Part shown: positions 39,460 to 52,100 of the stretch, in pieces | How the letters are laid out: each line of letters opens with the position of its first letter | Position numbering within the stretch: the first letter of the stretch is position 1 | Assembly: GCA_964016885.1 (NCBI GenBank) | Contig: OZ024742.1 | Location: forward strand, 2,356,001 to 2,420,000 | From: Eledone cirrhosa | Lineage: Eukaryota | Reading direction: 5' to 3' | DNA: 64,000 nt | The notes under the pieces: generated by a model | What the model was told of the DNA's origin: nothing | The model's input: only the letters and a program-made list of their open reading frames with translations | Databases searched by the model: none | Translations under genes and position numbers: made by a program

Positions 39460-41762
39460 AATGTATAATAAACAATACAATATAATTACCTCATTACCAG
39501 AGGTTTCCCGAATAAGACGAATACGAAAAACGTCCTCATTCGTTCATCGGACAAGGCAATTTAAAACATAGGGAAATATTTGAAAAATCTTCTCAAGAGA
39601 GGCAAGAGTTTAACGGGCAAAAAAAATGTATAAGTAAAAGTAATGCAAGAGATATATAAAAAAATAAGGAAATATAGTTAGGGTATGTGTATATGTATAT
39701 ATATACACTCACAAATGTACATATGTGTGTATGTACAAATGCATGTGCATGGTGAAAATGTGTGCGTAAGTACATATATGAGGGCAAGTATATTTGGGTA
39801 TGTGTGACCACAAATACGTATATAATATGAGTTGAAAAAGAAATTGTAAGATAATATAGTTAACACGCAACCAGATACAGTTATTAAATATATACACATA
39901 CGAGTATGAAAGCACGCGTATAAACAGACACACACACGCGCGATCACTTATATGCGGAAGATAAAGGGAGTGTAATAGTAAAAAGAAGTGTCATTCTCGA
40001 TATATGTATAAAAATGAAACAATATATGAGAATGAAAAACATTCTTTTTAAATCAAAGAGAAAGTAAGAGGGGGGTTATCAATTAACACTAGAAAAAAGA
40101 AAACAAACATAGGTACGCACGTACACACACATATATATATAAATATATATATACATATAAATACGTACAGACAAAAGCGCATGCATGCGTACATACATAC
40201 ACACGAGGGACATATATATCGCCACATGTATATCTAATCACACGTACGTACGCGACTATATATATATATATATATATACACATACACACCCATACATACA
40301 TATACATATACATATATATACATACAAATATACATGCATTCACCCACATACACACGCACGTATAAATAAGTATGTAAAAAAACATAGATATAAAAAAACA
40401 CACATATATATATACGTACGCACGCACACATACGGAGGTGTTCGTATACATATACAGAATGTATAGATACATATGCACACTCACACGCATAGATACAAAT
40501 TATAAACCAGCCGTATGGATAAATGAATACAAATATAAAATCGGCTGCGAAACAACAGAATATATCTGGGGTGGAAAACGCAAGTGACTTAAGGTATCAG
40601 GTAGTGAAAGAAAATGAGGAAGTAAAATGTGGAATGTGAACATATTAGGTAAGTGAATAAAAAAATAGGGGGGGGGGGTATCACTGGTGGATGAAAATAA
40701 AAATAAAATTAAAAATAAAGTTAAAAATGAAAGTAAATCAGAAAGAGAAGTCTGTAAAGAGGATAATTTAAGGAAAGTGAAGAACAAGAGTTTATGGAGG
40801 ATAAGTATCTGAAAGTGAGTTAAGTTTATATGAGCTGGAAAGCAAGTGTGATTTCATGTGTGGGCAACTGGTGAAAATTTCTGTTTTTGCGTTTAGGCAG
40901 GTTTTTGGTGATTTAAGGTTTTGTAAAATCCAATATTTTTCACTTATACAGAGGGTGCATCTTCTTGTTCCTCTTGCATATTCTTTAGATTGGTTCAAAA
41001 TTGACCAATCCAATTTATATTGGATACCTTGGTCTTTCAAATCCCATATTCTGCTAGCCAGAGCTGTTGTAAATCTTTTTTTCTGGATGTCGGAAAGATG
41101 CGACATGTGAGTAATAACGCGTTTTGAATTTGTCTTGTGTCATACCCACATATCGTTCGCTGGTGGCTGGTAGGTTGTTGCTGGTAGTTGTCACTTTAGC
41201 TGCATATACAATGGCTTTGGTGTTGCATTTACCTTGTAATGGGCATTCACTTTTGATTCTACAGGAGCAATTTTGATGTTCTCTGGGTGTTTTCTTATTG
41301 ATGATATAAGATTTAATATTCGTATGTGTATATATTTAATACTTGTATCTGGATGTGTATTAACTATATTCTCTTACAATTTCTTTTTCAACTCATATTA
41401 TATGAGTATTTGTGGTCACACATACACAAACATACTTGCCCTCATATATGTACTTACGCAAACATTTTCACCATACACATGCATTTATACATACACACAT
41501 ATTTATATTTGTGAGTGTATATACATACATATACACATACCCTAACTATATTTCCTTATTTTTTATATATCTCTTGCATTACTTTTATTTATATATATTT
41601 TTTGCCCGTTAAACCCTTGCCTTTCTTGAGGAGGTTTTTCAAATATTTCACTATGTTTTAAATTGCCTTGTCCAATGAACGAATGAAGACGTTTTTCGTA
41701 TTTGTCTTATTCGGGAAACCTCTGGTAATGAGGTAATTATATTGTATTGTTTATTATACATT
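39460..41762 (-). mobile_element. 5'-truncated Penelope-like element (GIY-YIG fragment) with inverted pseudo-LTRs
   Basis: Minus 41275-40792 reads NCSCRIKSECPLQGKCNTKAIVY...YVGMTQDKFKTRYYSH, frameshift near 41080, then TALASRIWDLK...CTLCISEK...LNAKTEIFTSCPH. 39460-39903 and 41318-41762 are inverted repeats. Confidence 0.9.
39489..39556 (-). ncRNA. Hammerhead-like motif in pLTR (U4C core variant)
   Basis: CCTTGT-CCGATGA-long stem II-GAAAC-CtctG-GTA-ATGAGG. The inverted copy at 41666-41733 has the further-decayed core CCAATGA. Confidence 0.55.
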
Positions 41763-41836
41763 AAATTTAGCTCTGGTACTTACATAGAGCATTCTTCACT
41801 CCTATGACATTTTCAATTTTCAACGGAAATTCAATA

Positions 41837-41906
<70 letters not shown>

Positions 41907-42240
41907 TATATATATTATATATTATATATATTATATATATATATAGATATATATAATAGAATATAAAAGAAAAACGAACACAGATATATACATATATGCT
42001 CAGAATGTAAAATATGGAAGATGGTTTAGAAGATGTTACCCTGATTTACAATGATGTATAATACCCCGGGTGGTATGGGTGTGACCCACCTTCTACTTAG
42101 CTAGGGTATGTATCATATATGTAGACTCATAACTTCAACATGTGTGTTCTTCAGGAAATCACGAACGTGCGTGTGCACGTATATCTGTACTTGTGCGTGT
42201 ATGTATTATATATATATGTGTGTATTTGTAAAATGCATGG

Positions 42241-42301
<61 letters not shown>

Positions 42302-42306
<5 letters not shown>

Positions 42307-44131
42307 TAAAATAACAGATTAAAGTTTAAGCAAAGAATCGCTGCTTTCACCCTTAACGGGATCTTCTGAAACTAACAAAGTCAATCTGTGAACGCAGAAG
42401 TGAATATTTCAAAAAAACGTTGCAACCGGAGGAAGACAGGAAGACGATACTTTGGTTCGTGGAAACGTTCCCTGGCAAAGAACGGGAAGAAACGAATATA
42501 ATACGTCATTATTTGGAGCGGTAAAAAACAATTACACGCAAAGACAGAACCACGTTTATGGTATAAAAGAAGTCGTACACTAATATTCTCTTAGGTGGTT
42601 CATAGAGACGTTCTCTGGCAATGAACGGAAAAAACGAAGATAATACGTCATATGTGGAGCGTGGAGAACAATTGTACGCAAAGACAAAACCACGCAAATG
42701 GTAAGCAGAAGTCGTAGACTAAATTCTAACTAGGAGACCGAACGATTCTCGGCTTCAGAGTTAAGAATAAAGTAGATAAAATACAGAGGTAATTGAAATT
42801 AAATAAATACATACACGCATCCATATACGTACATACACAAGCATACATAGGTGTACAAATACACGCACATATAAATATGTCTGTGTGTGCGTGTATACAA
42901 ATAATTAAATAAACGTATATAAATAAATAAATACGTATATAACAAGCGCACAAACATACCTACATTTAAATACACAAATGTTCGGAGACGTACGTCAATC
43001 AAAACACGAAGTACACATATACACACACCCTACACCCGTACGAACCCGCATAGTCACACAGACGCAAAACTCACTTATACACATAACCAAAAGCATATGT
43101 ACCAGAATATATAAAATATACGCCTAACATATACAATCAAATATACGTATGAGAAAGTATACGTACCTTCACAAAACATACGGGTAATATATACTTACCT
43201 ATGCAAATAAGTAATGGTATAAACATAACATATACTTAGCTACCACATCAAGACGTAAAATATCCGCGTATACATCGTACTATCCGTTAGGGTATAATGT
43301 GGGGCTGTAATACAGGAAAGTTTTGTGCAATTTATGTTTACAAGCCGAAATTGCCTCAGATTTTTTGTTTAAGATGTGGTCTGTGGCGTAGAGTATTTCC
43401 AGGGCCACAGCAGCGCAGAAGTAACATGGTCTTTTATTTCCGTTATACGATCTAGCCCTAGCTAGGATCTCCCAGTGTAACTTATATTGGGTGTGGTTGT
43501 CTTTCAGACCTCAGATATAAGCTGAAAGTGACGTCATATTCCTTCTTAGAGGGTAACGGAAGGAATGGGTATGCATGTAAAGACGTTGCTTGAATCTATT
43601 GGCGGTTAACCCTAACTAGGCCCTACGGGACGTGGGTGTTTCAACCTTACATTTGTAGACAATGTTACTAGAGAGGCATTTCCCGGATAGGGGGCAATCA
43701 ATCCGATTCCTACAATTACAGTTAGTACTAACTACAGGGTTGCACGTGTTCCTACGGCTAGGTAGTTTAGCTAAATTTGAAGCTGTGATGTTATGTGCAA
43801 GGTTAAGAGTCGTAGAGTAAGAAATTTTAATAGTATTTCTATTAAAAATGTTACTATGTTTATGTGTAGGGGGAAAATGCTTCGTAATAAGGGATAGAAA
43901 GTTCTTAGTTAATGGTGTGGCAACCTCCATATTATATGGTGGGTTATTCCATATAATGCGCCGGGATCTATTTCTTCTAGGTCTATTTTCGTACTCTGTA
44001 TATGCTACCTTATCGACAAATCCACTCCGAGCAAGAGCTTCATTGTAATATGTGGAATGGTCGTTGAAAATATGCTCGTTAGTAGATAGACGGGAAAGCC
44101 TCAAAGAAACGTTTCTTACCAGGTTCTTGGT
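42302..44131 (-). mobile_element. 5'-truncated Penelope-like element (RT thumb + CxCx5C linker + GIY-YIG)
   Basis: Reads WNNPPYN...IFNRNTIKISYS...NCNCRNRIDCPLSGKCLSSNIVYKC...RA*LGLTANRFKQR. The stop at 43616-43618 replaces the Tyr of the YIG-type motif; the frame continues to ~43310. Decayed HHR-like motif at ~42340-42368; (TA)n on both sides. Confidence 0.9.
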
Positions 44132-44160
44132 TATATATATATATATATATGGCTTCATGG

Positions 44161-44253
<93 letters not shown>

Positions 44254-44288
44254 AAATGGCTTCATGGACAAATATATATATATATATA

Positions 44289-45990
44289 CATCAAAACTAC
44301 CCTAAAGGGCTACACATTCAAATTCAGCGAGAAGATCTACACCCAAAATGAGGGAGCAGCCATTGGCGTCAGCATAGCTGGTGACGTTGCCAAACATTTT
44401 ATGGTATGGTCGGAAAGGAGACTCAAAGATCTCCTTGATGAGAGCTCCATAGACCTCATCATGTACTCTCGTTACGTAGACGACATCAATATAGTAATAA
44501 GGAGATCCCCACAAGAGAGTACTAACAAGTTTGATTTAGAACGTAGTACAATGGAAAGCATCCAGCAGATAGCTAATTCCATACACCAGAGTATAACTGT
44601 AACTATCGACTACCCTTCCAAATATTCTAACAATAGACTACCTGTATTAGACACGGAACTCTGGATTAACACTATAGACGAGAGAGCCCAAATTCTCCAC
44701 TCACACTATGCTAAACCCATGGCCTCCAAATACATGATACTCAAAAACTCAGCAATGTCCACTAGTGCTAAGTTTAATATTCTGATCGCAGACTTGGTAC
44801 GAGTGACGAAGAACGTGTCCCGCATGTGCGACACAACAGAAATGGAAAGACACATCCAACACTTCATCAACCGCATGCAGTTCTCAGGCTACAACCAAAG
44901 AGACAGAATCAGAGTATACAAAGGAGCCACGGAGAAGTATAAGACCATCATAGAACTGGACAGGAAAGGAATTTGCCCATTATACAGGAGCAAATCATGG
45001 AATAGCTTAGATAGGACTAGACATAAGATAGGGAAAGCCACCTCATGGTACGACAACCACAGATACCAGAGTGTTATGTTTGTTGACGCTACCCCTGGAG
45101 GGAAATTAGCTAACCAGTGTAGAAAGGCCCTGAGAAAGACCCACTTAAAGATTAAGGTGGTAGAAAAACCAGGAACCACCATAAACTCCCTGATCAGCAA
45201 AACCTACCCTTTTAAGAAAACCCACTGTACTAATAAGAAATGTATTATATGTAAAGTAAACCCCCGGATAAACTGTAAAACTAGAAACGTAGTCTATAGC
45301 ATAAGATGTACAGAGGGTACTTGCAGAAACATGACAACAACATACATAGGCGAGACAGCTCGTAGCATAGGTGAAAGGATAGACCAACACTGGGGGGGAA
45401 CTAAAAGGACGAAAAAACGGTTCAGTACTATACGAACATGCCAGACAACAACACGACGGTAACATAGACAACATAGAAATTAAAATAATATCTAAACATA
45501 GAAATGACCCAGCAGAGGAGAAATCAGAGAGGCCAGCAAAATAGAACTTAGAAGGCCAAGGCTAAACAGAAAAAAATGAATGGAATAACAACACCCAAAC
45601 AAACAACACTGACCTAAGAGAAGTATAAATAAATAAATAAATACATACACAAGCACAATAACAACAAACACATATAAACACACACTAGTAAACTAAGATA
45701 GAATACAATAACCAATACACAGTCACCCAAACACGAACACATCAAACAAAACACTATACACACACGCAAACGCATGCGCAGAAAAGACAAAAAAAAAATA
45801 AATTGACTAAATAATGATGGCGTAGGCATACAATACAACGGGAGGAAACATAATAGCACCACTGACGATGTTGTAGATGTGCAACGAAAGAACTTTGTTA
45901 GACTATATATGTGTTTGTGTCTATATTGTATCTGTATTTTTAACTGTTGGTCAGTCAATGATAAATTTTGAGGACCGAATAAATTAAATT
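44289..45990 (+). mobile_element. 5'-truncated Penelope-like element (RT + Cys linker + GIY-YIG endonuclease), frameshifted
   Basis: [38 protein letters not shown]...[16 protein letters not shown]. Frameshifts after ~45390 continue as [11 protein letters not shown]...IREASKI...LNRK to ~45590. Confidence 0.92.
45857..45900 (+). ncRNA. Hammerhead motif in PLE 3' pLTR
   Basis: CTGACGA-tGTTGTAgatgTGCAAC-GAAA-gaaCTT. Core and stem II are intact; stems I and III are weak. Confidence 0.55.
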
Positions 45991-46110
45991 AACCGATATA
46001 AAGGACACAGAAGCGAAAAGTGAAAACCAACCAAACAGTGAGTGTGTTCTGTTATTAATTCTGGCAATATTATTACACAAATATGACCCTCCCCAAGTAT
46101 ATAAATATAT

Positions 46111-46151
<41 letters not shown>

Positions 46152-46679
46152 GAAGTTATATTTAATTTGTTGGGATACAACAAGCAAATATTTTTATAAC
46201 TAATATAAAGCACTCAACAAAATTTTTGGAGTAAAAATACAACATATTAACAAATGGAAACTATATTTATAAAACCATATTTATTTCATTATACATATTT
46301 CAAGGACACGAAAGCAAATTATGGTGCGCTTTCATCAGACAAAATATAATATAGATCGGTTTTATAAACATATATATATATTAAAGAGTTAAACAAGTTT
46401 CAATGAGTACATCAAAGAATAAGTTTTACAATAGATTGGAAGCAATTCTACATACAAATATTTTCCAGAGTTATTAATATTAAAATATAAATATTAATAT
46501 AATAAATGTTTTTTTGATCAATTAAATGTTTTTCTAACTCATACCTTCTCTATTGAATTTATTACGTTTTCGCATTTTCTCATCATTAGGGTATAAATGT
46601 TGAGTTTTCTCATAGGTTAATCACTACCTTGATTAAATCTTAACCATTTAACATCTCAGGGTATGTCATGTATCATTAT

Positions 46680-46732
46680 ATTTTGTCTGATGAGGACGTA
46701 CTGTTGTACCTCTGAAATATGTATAATAAAAT
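46680..46732 (+). ncRNA. Minimal type I hammerhead ribozyme
   Basis: ATTTTGT-CTGATGA-GGAcGTAC tgtt GTACcTCT-GAAA-TATGTAT-A-ATAAAAT: 7-bp stem I, 7-of-8-bp stem II, self-complementary stem III, AUA cleavage triplet. Confidence 0.7.
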
Positions 46733-46773
46733 TAAATTGATCAAAAGAACATCTATTTTATTAATATTTATAT

Positions 46774-46897
<124 letters not shown>

Positions 46898-46966
46898 TAT
46901 GAAGAGAGAAGAAACATTTAGATATAATTAGTAATAAAATGTATCATACCTAAACTGTTCCTAAAT

Positions 46967-47054
46967 TCCTCGACTACGTAGTTTCGTGTCATAAACAAAA
47001 ACAATATATCAAAGATATAGAGTCCCTGCGAGGTCTGCCGACTTATCAAGAGGA
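46967..47054 (-). ncRNA. Hammerhead ribozyme, U3-A8 variant, long stem II (copy 1)
   Basis: Minus strand TCCTC-TTGATAA-GT...AC-GAAAC-TACGTA-GTC-GAGGA. Confidence 0.65.
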
Positions 47055-47560
47055 TACCTCATTTTACTAGTCTCAAGAACGCGTCTACACGACGTGAGAA
47101 AGAATCCCAAAAGGCGGAGGGGGAGATAGTCACGCGATATAACGGTCGAGAAACAGAGCTAAGCCTCTTATAACCACGAAGAAAATACCACGGAGGCGGA
47201 GGGGGTATTCATATCGAGGCCGTAGAAGAGGTGGTGAAGAAGGCGAAAAGTATGAGTAATGGAAACTTTCCAGTTGTTCCCACACTTCAAAGATTGCTCG
47301 ACCAGAGGGAGTTATTAATATATTTAGAACACACACAGATACATGCGGACACGCACATATATACATGAATGCATCCACACCCAACTGTGAGTTAAGGGTG
47401 CCAACTTCACCGATGTTGCTCAATGAATGACTGGGACAGACCAATTCAGTTTGAACTAGACTGAACCAGTATCAGAGTTAAAAATACATTATGAATGAGA
47501 GAAGAAACATTTAGATATAATTAGTAATAAAATGTATCATACCTAAACTGTTCCTAAATT

Positions 47561-47645
47561 CTCGACTACGTAGTTTCGTGGCATAAACAAAAACAATATA
47601 TCAAAGATATAGAGTCCCTGCGAGGTCTGCCGACTTATCAAGAGG
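47561..47645 (-). ncRNA. Hammerhead ribozyme, U3-A8 variant, long stem II (copy 2)
   Basis: Same motif; stem II base GT(C)GGCA/TGCCAC, stem I CTC/GAG. Confidence 0.65.
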
Positions 47646-47849
47646 ATACCTCATTTTACTAGTCTCAAGAACGCGTCTACACGACGTGAGAAAGAATCCC
47701 AAAAGGCGGAGGGGGAGATAGTCACGCGATATAACGGTCGAGACAACAGAGCTAAGCCTCTTATAACCACAGTTGGGTGTGGATGCATTCATGTATATAT
47801 GTGTGTGTCCGCATGTATCTGTGTGTTTTAAATATTATATATATATATT

Positions 47850-47881
<32 letters not shown>

Positions 47882-47912
47882 ACTATAATATAGTATATAT
47901 ATTTAATATATA

Positions 47913-47960
<48 letters not shown>

Positions 47961-48094
47961 TATGGCTTTTTCAGGACTAGAAATGTTTAATTCGAGGAAA
48001 ATCATGAAAATCATCAGGAAAGCCTTACTTACTTACCCGGCATATACGCACATACATATATATACATGCATATATATACACACACACATATATA

Positions 48095-48130
<36 letters not shown>

Positions 48131-48275
48131 TTATACACATATGTATATATATTTTTATACATATATGTATACAATATATATATATGTATATATATTTATA
48201 CATATATGTATACATATTTATACATATATGAGTATACATATAATATATATGTACATATATATATATATATTATAA

Positions 48276-48333
<58 letters not shown>

Positions 48334-48420
48334 TGACTTACACGTTTTTCACAAAATAATTTTTTCTTTCCTTCCTCTTCTCAATCTCTATCTTTCTAGT
48401 TCATCTTTTATTTCTCTCTC

Positions 48421-48460
48421 TATCTTCTGATGAAGGACTAGTGTCCAAAACGTCGCGATT
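48421..48460 (+). ncRNA. Decayed minimal hammerhead (G12A)
   Basis: CTGATGA-aGGACtagtGTCC-AAAAC-GTC; GAAAC is mutated to AAAAC. Confidence 0.45.
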
Positions 48461-48543
48461 ATCTTCCTATTATATCAAGCATTAAACTAATACATCTCTC
48501 CATTGTACTGTGTTGTTTGCTTTGTTATAATTTTTTCAATGTT

Positions 48544-48606
<63 letters not shown>

Positions 48607-48699
48607 TGAACACAAACATACGCACACACAGCACACACATACGCACACACACACACACATACACATACACACACACACATACACATACACACACACATA

Positions 48700-48737
<38 letters not shown>

Positions 48738-48789
48738 CATATATATATACTAATATATATATATATACTATATACATTATATACATATA

Positions 48790-49085
<296 letters not shown>

Positions 49086-49186
49086 CGTGAGTGTGTGTGT
49101 GTGTGTGTATGAATGTGCTAAAGTGTAGTCAAAACAAAATAGAATATCCACCTTAAATCTGGACAGATCGGATGTTAAGAGATTCC

Positions 49187-52100
49187 TGAGGACATATGCC
49201 TGACACCTCAACTGTCGTCTGAGTGGGGACATATGCCTGACACCTCAACTGTCGTCTGAGTGGGGACATATGCCAGACACCTCAACTGTCGTCTGAGTGG
49301 GGACATATGCCAGACACCTCAACTGTCGTCTGAGTGGGGACATATGCCTGACACCTCAACTGACGTCTGAGTGGGGACATATGCCAGACACCTCAACTAT
49401 CGTCTTAGTGAGGACATATGCCAGACACCTCAACTGTCGTCTTAGTGAGGACATATGCCAGACATCTCAACTGTCGTCTTAGTGAGGACATATGCCAGAC
49501 ACCTCAACTGTCGTCTTGGTGAGGACATATGCCAGTCACCTCAACTGTCGTCTTAGTGAGGACATATGCCAGACACCTCAACTGTCGTCTTAGTGAGGAC
49601 ATATGCCAGACATCTCAACTGTCGTCTTAGTGAGGACATATGCCAGACATCTCAACTGTGGTCTTAGTGAGGACATATGCCAGACATCTCAACTGTCGTC
49701 TTGGTGAGGACATATGCCAGACACCTCAACTGTCGTCTTAGTGAGGACATATGCCAGACATCTCAACTGTCGTCTTAGTGAGGACATATGCCAGACATCT
49801 CAACTGTCGTCTTAGTGAGGACAAATGGCAGGCATCTCAACTGTCGTCTGAGTGGGGACATATGCCAGACATCTCAACTGTCGTCTTAGTGAGGACATAT
49901 GCCAGACATCTCAACTGTCGTCTTAGTGAGGACATATGCCAGACATCTCAACTGTCGTCTTAGTGAGGACATATGCCAGACATCTCAACTGTCGTCTTAG
50001 TGAGGACATATGCCAGACATCTCAACTGTCGTCTTGGTGAGGACATATGCCAGACACCTCAACTGTCGTCTTAGTGAGGACATATGCCAGACATCTCAAC
50101 TGTCGTCTTAGTGAGGACATATGCCAGACATCTCAACTGTCGTCTTAGTGAGGACAAATGGCAGGCATCTCAACTGTCGTCTGAGTGGGGACATATGCCA
50201 GACATCTCAACTGTCGTCTTAGTGAGGACATATGCCAGACATCTCAACTGTCGTCTTAGTGAGGACATATGCCAGACATCTCAACTCTCATCTTAGTGAG
50301 GACATATGCCAGGCATCTCAACTGTCGTCTTGGTGAGGACATATGCCAGGCATCTCAACTGTCGTCTTAGTGAGGACATATGCCAGACATTTCAACTGTC
50401 GTCTTAGTGAGGACATATGCCAGACATCTCAACTCTCATCTTAGTGAGGACATATGCCAGGCATCTCAACTGTCGTCTTAGTGAGGACATATGCCAGGCA
50501 TCTCAACTGTCGTCTTAGTGAGGACATATGCCAGACATCTCAACTGTCGTCTTAGTGAGGACATATGCCAGACATCTCAACTGTCGTCTTAGTGAGGACA
50601 TATGCCAGACATCTCAACTCTCATCTTAGTGAGGACATATGCCAGACACTTCAACTATCGTCTTAGTGAGGACATATGCCAGACACTTCAACTGTCGTCT
50701 TAGTGAGGACATATGCCAGGCATCTCAACTGTCGTCTTAGTGAGGACAAATGGCAGACACCTCAACTGTCGTCATAGTGAGGACATATGCCAGACACCTC
50801 AACTGTCGTCTTAGTGAGGACATATGCCAGACACCTCAACTGTCGTCTTAGTGAGGACATATGCCAGACACCTCAACTCTCGTCTTAGTGAGGACATATG
50901 CCAGACATCTCAACTGTCGTCTTAGTGAGGACATATGCCAGACACCTCAACTGTCGTCTTAGTGAGGACATATGCCAGACACCTCAACAGTCGTCTTAGT
51001 GAGGACATATGCCAGACACCTCAACAGTCGTCTTAGTGAGGACATATGCCAGACACCTCAACTGTCGTCTTAGTGAGGACATATGCCAGACACCTCAACT
51101 GTCGTCTTAGTGAGGACATATGGCAGACACCTCAACTGTCGTCTTAGTGAGGACATATGGCAGACACCTCAACTGTCGTCTTAGTGAGGACATATGCCAG
51201 ACATCTCAACTGTCGTCTTAGAGAGGACATATACCAGACACCTCAACTGTCGTCTTAGTGAGGACATATGCCAAACATCTCAACTGTCGTCTTAGTGAGG
51301 ACATATGGCAGACACCTCAACTGTCGTCTTAGTGAGGACATATGCCAGGCATATCAACTGTCGTCTTAGTGAGGACATATGCCAGACATCTCAACTGTCG
51401 TCTTAGTGAGGACATATGGCAGACACCTCAACTGTCGTCTTAGTGAGGACATATGCCAGACACCTCAACTGTCGTCTGAGTGGGGACATATGCCAGACAC
51501 CTCAACTGTCGTCTGAGTGGGGACATATGCCTGACACCTCAACTGTCGTCTGAGTGGGGACATATGCCAGACACCTCACCTGTCGTCTTAGTGAGGACAT
51601 ATCCCAGACACCTCAACTGTCGTCTGAGTGGGGACATATGCCAGACACCTCAACTGTCGTCTGAGTGGGGACATATGCCTGACACCTCAACTGTCATCTG
51701 AGTGGGGACATATGCCAGACACCTCACCTGTCGTCTTAGTGAGGACATATGCCAGACACCTCAACTGTCGTCTGAGTGGGGACATATGCCAGACACCTCA
51801 ACTGTCGTCTTAGTGAGGACATATGCCAGACACCTCAACAGTCGTCTTAGTGAGGACATATGCCAGACACCTCAACAGTCGTCTTAGTGAGGACATATGC
51901 CAGACACCTCAACTGTCGTCTTAGTGAGGACATATGCCAGACACCTCAACTGTCGTCTTAGTGAGGACATATGGCAGACACCTCAACTGTCGTCTTAGTG
52001 AGGACATATGGCAGACACCTCAACTGTCGTCTTAGTGAGGACATATGCCAGACATCTCAACTGTCGTCTTAGAGAGGACATATACCAGACACCTCAACTG

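Noticed and set aside
44149-44288. N-terminus of the 437-aa ORF
   Set aside because: (TA)n translation fused in frame to a truncated PLE RT; not a real start.
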